Assembly: GCA_963704435.1 (NCBI GenBank)
Contig: OY969902.1
Location: 780,001-812,000, forward strand
Direction of reading: 5' to 3'
Length of the DNA: 32,000 nt
DNA from: an uncultured archaeon
GTDB lineage: Archaea > Micrarchaeota > Micrarchaeia > Micrarchaeales > CABMGC01
Part shown: in pieces, positions 15,287 through 23,455 of the stretch
Layout of the letters: each line of letters starts with the position of its first letter
How positions within the stretch are numbered: position 1 is the first letter of the stretch
The notes under the pieces: generated by a model
Told to the model about the DNA's origin: nothing
Seen by the model: only the letters and a program-made list of their open reading frames with translations
Database searches by the model: none
Made by a program: the position numbers and the translations under genes

Positions 15287-16669
15287 ATGAAAGGAGTGCC
15301 GCCGAGAGTGGCGAAGGCGTTCGGAAGGCTCAGGGGGGAGAGCGCCGGCAGGGTGTACCTGAAGCTGATAAACGGCAAGCACTACGTATACAGGGAGTCG
15401 GGCACGTGGGACAAGGAGAGGAAGCGGGCGAGAGTGAAATCGGAGTACCTCGGAAGGATACTCGACGATGGCACCTACATAAAGAAGATCTCTTCGTACG
15501 GCGACGAGTTCGAGAGGGCGAAAGCGCTAATCCTCGAGCGGGGTGGGAAGGTGGTCTGGCCAGAGAAGATAGGGGAGACTGCGCTCCCGGAGCAGATTAA
15601 CCTGTCCGCGAGCGGGACGGATGCGAAACTGCTTATGGCGATGAGCATGAACGCCAGGGCCAGCTTCGCCGCGATGGGTAGGCTTGCTGGGCTGAGCCCC
15701 TCCGCGGCATACTCTCGCGTCAAGAACCTGGAGAAGCGTTATGGGATAAAGTACACTGCGGAGGTCGACCTGGACAAGCTCGGGTACATAACCTACCTCG
15801 TGCTGATAAAATTCCAGAAGGAGGTGCCTGGCCTGGAAAGCCTGAAGGCGGCGATGGCAAAGGATTCCAGGATCCAGCTCGCGTTCCTGACGAAAGGGGA
15901 GTATGACCTTATCATCTTTCTGCTCACGGAGAAGGGCGACGAGGGTGGGTTCAACCTGTACAAGACGAGGGAACTGATATTCCCTGATTACGACGCAAGG
16001 TGGTACCGCGCTCCTGTATACATCACATATAATTTCATTCCCCTACGGGAGGAGTTTTTCGAGATATTTAAGGAGCGGATATGGAAAAGATCGAAGGAGA
16101 ACCCGAAGCCGCCGGAAGGCAGCATCTCACACGGAGAATATTGCATCTTGTATGAGCTGGTCAAGAACGGAGTTATAGACTTTAGCGAGATCGACAGGAA
16201 ATACGGCTTTGACAAGGGGATGGCGCAATACACCTATCACCGGCTTAAGGAGAAACAAATCATAAAAAGGATTACGATTTCTATGACTAACCTCCCTCTG
16301 AAGTACTTGGCAGTTCTTTACATGGAGAATACCAACGACAAAAAATGGGAGGAGGCGAAGTCAAAGCTACTGGAGCACATAATCAAGGAAACGGATATGC
16401 CAACCGATCACTATGCCCTTGTGGGGGACGCCGGAACGCCGAATGGCTCTATTTTCGTCGTCCCGATATTCAGAGAAGAGGACCTTGGGAAAGCGGAGGA
16501 GGATCTAAGGTCCACGATAAGGGATTCCAGAGTCACGACTTCAATAGTTGCCGGAACGGTGGTCAATGCGCCTTGCTTCAGGAAGTTCGATAAGACCTAC
16601 TCGACGCAACATAAACGGCTTGTCATAAGCCATGGGCATAGCTCCCAATCCAAAATCAGATACGAATAA
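15287..16669 (+). CDS. Tandem Lrp/AsnC-like transcription regulator with an N-terminal extension of about 110 aa
   Basis: There are two HTH-plus-RAM-like modules. Module 1: TDAKLLMAMSMNARASFAAMGRLAGLSPSAAYSRVKNLEKRYGIKYTAEVDLDKLGYITYLVLIKF. Module 2: GEYCILYELVKNGVIDFSEIDRKYGFDKGMAQYTYHRLKEKQIIKRITISMTNLPLKYLAVLYM. I cannot assign the basic N-terminal segment (GRVYLKLINGKHYVYRESGTWDKERKRARVKSEYLGRI). Confidence 0.7.
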   Translation: MKGVPPRVAKAFGRLRGESAGRVYLKLINGKHYVYRESGTWDKERKRARVKSEYLGRILDDGTYIKKISSYGDEFERAKALILERGGKVVWPEKIGETALPEQINLSASGTDAKLLMAMSMNARASFAAMGRLAGLSPSAAYSRVKNLEKRYGIKYTAEVDLDKLGYITYLVLIKFQKEVPGLESLKAAMAKDSRIQLAFLTKGEYDLIIFLLTEKGDEGGFNLYKTRELIFPDYDARWYRAPVYITYNFIPLREEFFEIFKERIWKRSKENPKPPEGSISHGEYCILYELVKNGVIDFSEIDRKYGFDKGMAQYTYHRLKEKQIIKRITISMTNLPLKYLAVLYMENTNDKKWEEAKSKLLEHIIKETDMPTDHYALVGDAGTPNGSIFVVPIFREEDLGKAEEDLRSTIRDSRVTTSIVAGTVVNAPCFRKFDKTYSTQHKRLVISHGHSSQSKIRYE

Positions 16670-16880
16670 GACACGAATAAAAAGAATATCTCGCTAAAAT
16701 GCCACTAATCATGCAGGCATTCAGTTCCCACATCTATCTTGTTCCGTCCATCCAACTCACATAGAAATTTCAACGTACTATTTTAAAAGACTTTCGAAAA
16801 GCTCCGCGTGATGAAACTCAGCCGCATCCTGCACGATTTTGGGAACTACTTAGCCTTAAATAAGTAAGCGTTCCATAACC

Positions 16881-16895
16881 TATAACTCAGTTATA
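16881..16895. promoter_or_regulatory. Perfect 15-bp palindrome TATAACT-C-AGTTATA (TATA box and candidate operator) upstream of the suf regulator
   Basis: Read directly from the sequence. It ends 9 nt before the TTG start at 16905. An extra ATAAC half-site lies at 16874-16878. Confidence 0.5.
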
Positions 16896-16904
16896 AGTGA
16901 TCCA

Positions 16905-17273
16905 TTGCCGAGCAAGTACGAGACCGCATCAGACGAGGCAGTTCCCATCGCCAGGTCGATAATCGCCAGGGAGCTGGTGGGGAAGTACAAGCTCAATGAG
17001 ACCGAGGTTGCGGGCTACCTCGGCGTCGCCCAGGCCGCGATAAGCAAGTACGTGCGGAAGAAGTACTCGCGCAAGCTCAACAAGAGGATAGCAGAGATCG
17101 AGGCGCAGATCGAAGCCCACCGCAAGCCGATCGATCTCTACATAGAGAAGATCTCTGAGGGCAAGAAGGAGTACGTGAGCATCTGCATCTGCACCCTCTG
17201 CAAGTCGATAAACGGATTCCCGTGCAAGTTCTCCAAGGCGGACGCATATGAGGGGTCGGCGTCCACCACATGA
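16905..17273 (+). CDS. HTH (XRE-like) transcription regulator with a C-terminal Cys cluster
   Basis: HTH segment LNETEVAGYLGVAQAAISKYVRKK. C-terminal CICTLCKSINGFPC (C-x-C-x2-C-x7-C). The TTG start is forced, since the ORF contains no ATG codon. It ends 9 nt before sufB, with a GAGGG Shine-Dalgarno-like sequence in between. Confidence 0.7.
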   Translation: MPSKYETASDEAVPIARSIIARELVGKYKLNETEVAGYLGVAQAAISKYVRKKYSRKLNKRIAEIEAQIEAHRKPIDLYIEKISEGKKEYVSICICTLCKSINGFPCKFSKADAYEGSASTT

Positions 17274-17282
17274 GGGTTCCTG

Positions 17283-18692
17283 ATGTCCAAACGAAGGCAA
17301 GACGCGTTCGGAACTGGAGACTACAAGGAGAAGTACGGATTTTCCACGCGCGCCGAATACTTGGAATTCGAGAGGGGCCTGTCCGAGTCCGTCGTTAGGA
17401 GAATATCAAAGCTGAAGGGGGAGCCGAAGTGGATGCTGGGCAAGCGGCTGCTCGCCTACAAGGTGTTCGAGAGCAAACCGGTTCCCGAATGGGGCGCCGA
17501 CCTGAAGGGCCTCAACCTCCATGGCATGCAGTACTACAAGATGCCGAAAGCGGACGAGACCAATGACTGGGACAAAGTCCCCCTTGAGATAAAGAGGACG
17601 TTCGAGAGGCTGGGCGTGCCCGAGTCGGAGCGGAGATTCTTCGCCGGATCCGAGGCACAGTTCGACTCAGGCGTCGTATATGCGAGCGCGAACAAGATGC
17701 TAAGCGATTTGGGAGTAGTGTTCGTTGATACAGATACCGCGGTAAAGAAATATCCTGACTTAGTGCGGAAATACTTTGGAACTGTCATTCCGCCTACTGA
17801 CAACAAATTTGCCGCGCTGAACACGGCAGTGTGGTCCGGCGGATCGTTCGTTTTCATACCGAAGGGAGTCAAGGTTCCCATACCTCTCAACGCGTACTTC
17901 AGGATAAATGCTGAGCGTTTCGGCCAGTTCGAGAGGACGCTGATAATCGCGGACGAGGGGTCGGAGATTACGTTCGTTGAGGGATGCACTTCCCCCGTAT
18001 ACACGAGCAGTTCGCTGCACGCAGGTGTTGTCGAGTTGATTGCGAACAGGGGTGCGCACATAAGGTATGCGACCGTCCAGAACTGGTCGAAGAACATCTA
18101 CAACCTCGTTACGCAGCGTGCGCACGTTCACGAGGACGCGCACGTCGAGTGGATTGACGCCAACATAGGCAGCAAGACGAACATCAAGTACCCATCCGTT
18201 GTGCTGAAGGGCAGGCGCGCGAAGGGAGAGATACTCTCGGTCGCGCTAGCTGGCGAAGGCCAGGAGCAGGACAATGGCGGCAAAGCCTACCATCTAGCTC
18301 CGGGCACGACGTCGCGGATTGTTTCCCGGAGCGTCTCGAAGGGCAGCGGCGTCGCCACGTTCAGGGGCCTGGTGCATGTCGGCGAGGATGCCGCGAACTC
18401 AAAGTCGAGCACCGAATGCAGTTCGCTGCTGCTCGACCCTCGCGCGAAGGCAAACACATATCCCTACATCGAGGTGGACAGGGACGATGCGCTCGTCAGC
18501 CACGAGGCCAGGGTCGGGAGGATAGGCGACGACGAGCTATTCTACCTGATGTCCAGGGGAATAACTGAGGGCGACGCCACTGCGATGATAATACTGGGCT
18601 TCATAAGCGACCTGACGAAGGCGCTGCCGATGGAGTACTCGCTGGAGCTGAAGAGGCTCATAAAGATGGACATGGAGGGCGGAGTGGGATAG
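17283..18692 (+). CDS. sufB: Fe-S cluster assembly scaffold SufB
   Basis: 469 aa with typical SufB blocks (FVFIPKGVKVPIPL, EGCTSP, NWSKNIYNLVTQR, the C-terminal DELFYLMSRGI..A..MII.GF). Confidence 0.93.
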   Translation: MSKRRQDAFGTGDYKEKYGFSTRAEYLEFERGLSESVVRRISKLKGEPKWMLGKRLLAYKVFESKPVPEWGADLKGLNLHGMQYYKMPKADETNDWDKVPLEIKRTFERLGVPESERRFFAGSEAQFDSGVVYASANKMLSDLGVVFVDTDTAVKKYPDLVRKYFGTVIPPTDNKFAALNTAVWSGGSFVFIPKGVKVPIPLNAYFRINAERFGQFERTLIIADEGSEITFVEGCTSPVYTSSSLHAGVVELIANRGAHIRYATVQNWSKNIYNLVTQRAHVHEDAHVEWIDANIGSKTNIKYPSVVLKGRRAKGEILSVALAGEGQEQDNGGKAYHLAPGTTSRIVSRSVSKGSGVATFRGLVHVGEDAANSKSSTECSSLLLDPRAKANTYPYIEVDRDDALVSHEARVGRIGDDELFYLMSRGITEGDATAMIILGFISDLTKALPMEYSLELKRLIKMDMEGGVG

Positions 18693-18700
18693 GCGGTTGC

Positions 18701-19870
18701 ATGGATCACGAGAGAATGCTTGAATTCGCTGCGCAGGAGCGCTGCAGGATATCCGAGGAGACCGCGGGTCTGTACAAGAGGCACACCCTGCCCGCGGAGG
18801 TGCCAAAGGCAGGGAAGCTCGCGGCTTCGGGAATCCTTGAGGGTCTCAGGAAATCGATTGCCGCGGAGTCGCGGCTGCGCTTCGACCTGGTCTACGACGG
18901 GACGGAGTTCTCTTGCGGCAGCGACCTTGTCAGGGTCATCAGGAAGGCCCGCAAGCCCGGTGCCGGAAGCGCGATAGTAGTGGAGGTGCCAGAGGATGAA
19001 AGGGTCAGGCTCAATTTTCTGATTCTCTGCGGCGTAAGCCTGCCGCTCGAGATTGCCGTGGGCGCCGGACGCGGCTCCACCCTGAGCCTGTTCGAATGGT
19101 ATGGATCAGCGCCAAGTGCCGCCGGGGCCGTCGCGGCGGTGCGCGCTGTCGATGCAGGCAGGGGCTCGAGCGTCGAGATAAGCGCGCTGCACAACGAGGG
19201 GGGAGAAATGTCCGTCGAGTCCACGTGCAGCGTCGTCTCTCACAGCCATGCTCACGCGGTGTTAAACAACGTGCACATCGGCGGGAGCACGACCCGCTCA
19301 GTATCAATCGCCGATGCCGAGGGCGAGGGGAGTTCTGTCTCCGTGAACGACATGGTCTTCGGCGCAGCTAGCCAGAAGTTCGATCTCCTCTCCGTCATCT
19401 CGAACTCCGCTCCAAGGACCAGGGCGCTCATCCGATCGAGCTGCGTGCTTGCCGGAACATCGTCTTCGATGCTCAAGGGGAACGCCAGGGTCGCGAAGTC
19501 CGCAAGGGGCTCGGTCTCGCGCGTCGAGCAGCGGGGCCTGCTCCTTGACCCAGCGTCCCGGGCGCAGCTGCTCCCCGACATGTCCGTGGCCTGCGGAGAG
19601 GTGGAATCCGCATCGCACGGCGCCAGCGTCGCGCCGATCGACGACGACGAGCTCTTCTACATGATGTCGAGGGGCGTGGATGCGGCGAAGGCAAGGCAGA
19701 TGTTCGTCTCCGGCTTCCTTTCCAAAGGCCTCTCCGGCGTGGGAAGCGATACCGTTAAAGAGGTTGCAATTTCAATGATGCTCAACAAGTTCGGCAGCGG
19801 AAGGCAGTCCGGATCCCCGAAGATAAGCGCGAGGGACGTCTGGGCCGCGCCAGCGGGTGGATCGCGATGA
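18701..19870 (+). CDS. sufD: Fe-S cluster assembly protein SufD (SufBD family)
   Basis: 389 aa. The beta-helix-like repeat region and the C-terminal DDDELFYMMSRGVDAAKARQMFVSGFL are characteristic of SufD. There is an ATGA overlap with sufC. Confidence 0.85.
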   Translation: MDHERMLEFAAQERCRISEETAGLYKRHTLPAEVPKAGKLAASGILEGLRKSIAAESRLRFDLVYDGTEFSCGSDLVRVIRKARKPGAGSAIVVEVPEDERVRLNFLILCGVSLPLEIAVGAGRGSTLSLFEWYGSAPSAAGAVAAVRAVDAGRGSSVEISALHNEGGEMSVESTCSVVSHSHAHAVLNNVHIGGSTTRSVSIADAEGEGSSVSVNDMVFGAASQKFDLLSVISNSAPRTRALIRSSCVLAGTSSSMLKGNARVAKSARGSVSRVEQRGLLLDPASRAQLLPDMSVACGEVESASHGASVAPIDDDELFYMMSRGVDAAKARQMFVSGFLSKGLSGVGSDTVKEVAISMMLNKFGSGRQSGSPKISARDVWAAPAGGSR

Positions 19871-20592
19871 TTCTAGAGATAAGGGACCTGCATGCGGGGG
19901 TGGAGGGCCGAGAAGTGATAAAGGGCCTGAGCCTCAAGATACGGAGCGGAGAGTTCCACGTGCTGATGGGCCCGAACGGCTCCGGCAAGACCACGCTGTC
20001 CAACGCGATAATGGGCCATCCGCGAGTGAAGATCACAAAAGGCAGGATACTCGTCGACGGGAAGAGCATACTCGGGCTGGCAACCGACGAGCGGGCAAGG
20101 CTCGGCTTGTTCCTCGAGTTCCAGAATCCCATCGAGATCGAGGGGCTCGGCCTCATGAATTTCCTGAATAGCGCAAAGGCATCCGTGTCCTCAGGCACGT
20201 CTTTCAGGGGACTGATAGAGGAGGCGAGGTCCGCCGCCGCAGGGCTAAACATGAAGGAGGATCTGATGGGCCGGTCGCTCAACTACGGTTTCTCCGGAGG
20301 AGAGAAGAAGAAGATGGAGATTCTCCAGATGCTGCTGCTCAGGCCGAAGATTGCGCTGCTGGACGAGCCCGATTCGGGGCTCGACGTCGATGCCGTGAAA
20401 GCGGTGGCGGAGAACATAAGCAGGTTCCAGAAGGAGACGGGAGCGGGAATCCTCCTCATAACGCACTATGCGAGGATACTCAACTACCTTAAGCCGAGGT
20501 ACGTGCACGTGCTTTCCGACGGAAGGATAGTCAAGGAGGGCGGCCCAGCTCTGGCCGCGGAGATAGAGAAGAAAGGATACATGTTCAAGTGA
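19867..20592 (+). CDS. sufC: Fe-S cluster assembly ATPase SufC
   Basis: Walker A GPNGSGKTT, signature FSGGEKKK, Walker B LLDEPDSGLD and H-loop ITHY are present. Confidence 0.95.
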   Translation: MILEIRDLHAGVEGREVIKGLSLKIRSGEFHVLMGPNGSGKTTLSNAIMGHPRVKITKGRILVDGKSILGLATDERARLGLFLEFQNPIEIEGLGLMNFLNSAKASVSSGTSFRGLIEEARSAAAGLNMKEDLMGRSLNYGFSGGEKKKMEILQMLLLRPKIALLDEPDSGLDVDAVKAVAENISRFQKETGAGILLITHYARILNYLKPRYVHVLSDGRIVKEGGPALAAEIEKKGYMFK

Positions 20593-20624
20593 TATCATGC
20601 CAGGTTTCGGTGCACAGTGATATT

Positions 20625-21869
20625 ATGAATGGTTTCAGCGTAGAGAGGGTTAGGAGGGACTTTCCAATACTAAAGCGGAAGGTGAATGGCAAGAGACTAG
20701 TATACTTCGACAACGCTGCCACATCACAGAAGCCGAGGCAGGTCATAGACGCAGTTACAAGCTTCTACGAGACCTACAACGCCAACATACACCGCGGAAT
20801 GTACAAGATGGCGGAGGAGGCCACCGTCGCCTACACGGACTCGAAAACGCTGGCAGCTAAGATGATAAATGCGGGCTCGTACAGGAGCATAATCTACCTG
20901 AGAAACACGACCGAGGCGATAAACCTCGTGGCCAGGACCTGGGCCGAGGAGAACATATCCAAAGGCGACCGCATACTCCTCACCGAGATGGAGCACCACA
21001 GCAACATAGTTCCGTGGCAGATGCTCGCTAAGAGGAAGGGCGCGGTCATCGACTACGCGAAGCTCGAGGACGAAAAGTTCGTCGACATGGAGGACTACGG
21101 AAGGAAGCTAGAGCGCAAGCCGAAGCTGGTCTCGTTCTCGCACGTCTCGAACGTGCTGGGCACGATAAACGATGCGAAGAAGATGACCGACATGGCGCAC
21201 AAGGCCGGCGCAATCGTCATGGCGGACGCGGCGCAGTCGGTGCCGCACATGCCTGTCGACGTAAAGTCTATCGGCTGCGACTTCATGGCCTTCTCCAGCC
21301 ACAAGATGCTCGGTCCGTCGGGCGTCGGCGTTCTTTATGGGAGGGAGGAGCTTCTTGACGCGATGCCGCCGTTCCTCGGAGGAGGCGACATGATAAAAAG
21401 CGTGACCTTCAGGGGAGCGGAGTGGAACGAGCTCCCGTGGAAGTTCGAGGCCGGGACGCAGAACATAGAGGGAGCGATAGGTTTCGGAGCCGCTGTGAAA
21501 TATCTCACAAAACTAGGGATGGCTAGCGTGAGGCGCCACGAGATCGAGCTGACGCGCTACGCGCTCGGCGAGCTCTCCAAAGTAGATGGCGTTGAGATAT
21601 ACGGCCCTAGCGCGAACGAGATCGATAGGAAGTCGGGGGTAATTGCTTTCAGCGTGAAGAGCGCGCCGTCCCACGACGTCGCGACGATATTCGACAGCGA
21701 GGGCATAGCCATAAGGGCGGGCCACCACTGCGCGATGCCCCTGGTGAAGAGCGTGCTGCACCGCGAGGGAGTGCCGCGGATGAGCTTCTACATCTACAAC
21801 ACCGAGGGCGAGGTCGACAAGGCAGTCGGAGCGATAGCCAAGGTAAGGAAAGTTCTTCGCATAAGCTGA
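20625..21869 (+). CDS. sufS: Cysteine desulfurase SufS (class II aminotransferase V)
   Basis: FDNAATSQKP, HHSNIVPW, the PLP-Lys SSHKMLGPSGVG and the catalytic Cys RAGHHCAMPL are present. The ATG at 20625 is preferred. A GTG at 20589 that overlaps the sufC stop is an alternative start. Confidence 0.92.
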   Translation: MNGFSVERVRRDFPILKRKVNGKRLVYFDNAATSQKPRQVIDAVTSFYETYNANIHRGMYKMAEEATVAYTDSKTLAAKMINAGSYRSIIYLRNTTEAINLVARTWAEENISKGDRILLTEMEHHSNIVPWQMLAKRKGAVIDYAKLEDEKFVDMEDYGRKLERKPKLVSFSHVSNVLGTINDAKKMTDMAHKAGAIVMADAAQSVPHMPVDVKSIGCDFMAFSSHKMLGPSGVGVLYGREELLDAMPPFLGGGDMIKSVTFRGAEWNELPWKFEAGTQNIEGAIGFGAAVKYLTKLGMASVRRHEIELTRYALGELSKVDGVEIYGPSANEIDRKSGVIAFSVKSAPSHDVATIFDSEGIAIRAGHHCAMPLVKSVLHREGVPRMSFYIYNTEGEVDKAVGAIAKVRKVLRIS

Positions 21870-21873
21870 TGCA

Positions 21874-22485
21874 TCATCGCGCTCTGAAGCGCATCGATAC
21901 GATGTCCTCGAAGAAGATGTGCTTCTTGCATTCATCGATGAATTCGAATCCGTCACGCTTTGCCGTCTCTTTTATCTTTCCCAGGTCCGCGAAAGAGCTC
22001 GAAACTATTAGCATTTCGCCTCCTTTTGCCGTTCGCGGGGCCGCCTGATTGATGAAGTCCAGCGCTGTTTTGACTCCGCCCTCTCCGCCGTCCCACGCAG
22101 TTTCGGGAGAGCGCAGCTTGGGGGCCAAGTGCTCGCGCGGAAGATACGGAGTGTTGAAGACGAGAATGTCAAACTTCCTCGCTTTTGGCACATCTGAGAA
22201 AAGATCCGTGCGGATGAACGCGCACTTGGCGCGAAGCCGCGACTGGTTGAGCAGGAAGTTCTTTTGCGCTACCGCGACCGCCGCGTCGCTTATGTCGCAT
22301 AGGAACACCTCACTGACCTTCTCGGATTTTGCTGCGATGAGCCCGAGAATGCCTGTGCCGCATCCCATGTCGATGACTGCGAGCGAGGAGTCCTTGCGCT
22401 CTCGCAGCACGTCCTCCAGCTGCTCCGCGCAAAGGATGGTATCCTCCCCAGGCCCGTAGACACTGGGTACGGTCTCTATCTCCAT
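21874..22485 (-). CDS. HemK/Mtq2-family class I methyltransferase (N5-glutamine MTase-like)
   Basis: N-terminal VYGPGEDT. SAM motif I VIDMGCGTGILG. Motif IV reads FNTPY, where the family normally has NPPY. ATG at 22485, with an alternative TTG at 22503. Confidence 0.75.
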   Translation of the reverse strand: MEIETVPSVYGPGEDTILCAEQLEDVLRERKDSSLAVIDMGCGTGILGLIAAKSEKVSEVFLCDISDAAVAVAQKNFLLNQSRLRAKCAFIRTDLFSDVPKARKFDILVFNTPYLPREHLAPKLRSPETAWDGGEGGVKTALDFINQAAPRTAKGGEMLIVSSSFADLGKIKETAKRDGFEFIDECKKHIFFEDIVSMRFRAR

Positions 22486-22507
22486 TTCCTGCGCGTCAGG
22501 CAAGCGA

Positions 22508-23353
22508 TTACCTGTTCTTTTGATTCAAAAGAACTTGGATGAGTTCATCTGATCGCGAGTCCAGACTGATATTTCCGTCCATACTCTCATCAATCCCGCG
22601 CGTTATGTACCCTTTGAAAGTAAAGTTCTCATTCTTTAGGGTGCTTACGTACTCATAAGGCATTGCAACTGATCCTATTTCTGGAACTTCTTTGACTATT
22701 ACCGTATTCGATTCTGCGCCGATGCTCACGTAGTCAAAGAGATTCTGCAGCTCGGCATCCCTCTTAGCCTTTAAGTTTTCTGCTCCGTTGCTCGATTCCA
22801 GCTTCTCATACCTCCTTAAAAAGACAGGAGGCTTGGCATTCTCGTCGTATGTGGCGAAGATGCCTTTATATCCCATGTTCTTCAGCAGCCTGTTGTATAT
22901 CCCATCAACAACCGCCGTCATGTTTACGCGATTTCCTTTCACATCCTTAATGTAATTCTGCACCGCAATCTTGACTTCAACGATTTTCGATGGAGAATTG
23001 GACTGGCTCGACTCCTTCTTTTCAAAGAATTGCAGCAGATTGCGGTCCCTTCCGGAATACAGCTCTATCAGCGGGTCGCGGTTCATGAGGTGCGCGGATC
23101 TGCCCCTTAAGTTCGCCATCAGCTCGCCGTCGAACTTGCGCGCCAGATGCGTAAGCGCAACGCGCCTGAATCCATTCTCGACTAGCTCCGCCTTGAATGC
23201 CACGCTCTCGCCCTGCCCCTCGATCCCTCCTACCTCGAAGAGAACGCCCCTGACTAATTCGCCACCGCTTAAGCACATAGGCACAGCGCCTATCACATCG
23301 TAATCCTTCCTATGCACCGTTGTCGGCTGGTGCGTTATGCTACTCGCCGCCAT
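22508..23353 (-). CDS. Hypothetical protein (no motif recognised)
   Basis: The long ORF is co-oriented with the methyltransferase gene and 4-22 nt upstream of it. The ATG at 23353 is preferred over the TTG at 23371, given a GTATATATC box at 23386-23394. GC content changes sharply within the gene near 23000-23040. Confidence 0.6.
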   Translation of the reverse strand: MAASSITHQPTTVHRKDYDVIGAVPMCLSGGELVRGVLFEVGGIEGQGESVAFKAELVENGFRRVALTHLARKFDGELMANLRGRSAHLMNRDPLIELYSGRDRNLLQFFEKKESSQSNSPSKIVEVKIAVQNYIKDVKGNRVNMTAVVDGIYNRLLKNMGYKGIFATYDENAKPPVFLRRYEKLESSNGAENLKAKRDAELQNLFDYVSIGAESNTVIVKEVPEIGSVAMPYEYVSTLKNENFTFKGYITRGIDESMDGNISLDSRSDELIQVLLNQKNR

Positions 23354-23418
23354 ATGACTACCCCCAGACAAATTGCGACGCTCAGGTATATATCTACTCT
23401 TTCCGCTTTCTGAGAACG

Positions 23419-23426
23419 TTATATAA
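23419..23426 (+). promoter_or_regulatory. TATA box (TTATATAA) for DNA ligase
   Basis: Centre is about 33 nt upstream of the ATG at 23456 and about 25 nt upstream of the TTG at 23447. The box is itself palindromic and lies in a divergent spacer. Confidence 0.4.
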
Positions 23427-23455
23427 GCTTTGAATCGGAAAGCAGATTGATTTCG

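Noticed and set aside
16809-16870. GTGATGA (C-box-like) in the spacer upstream of the suf regulator, as a possible C/D box sRNA
   Set aside because: There are no matching D' (CTGA), C' or terminal D boxes at the expected 12-nt spacings, and no terminal stem.
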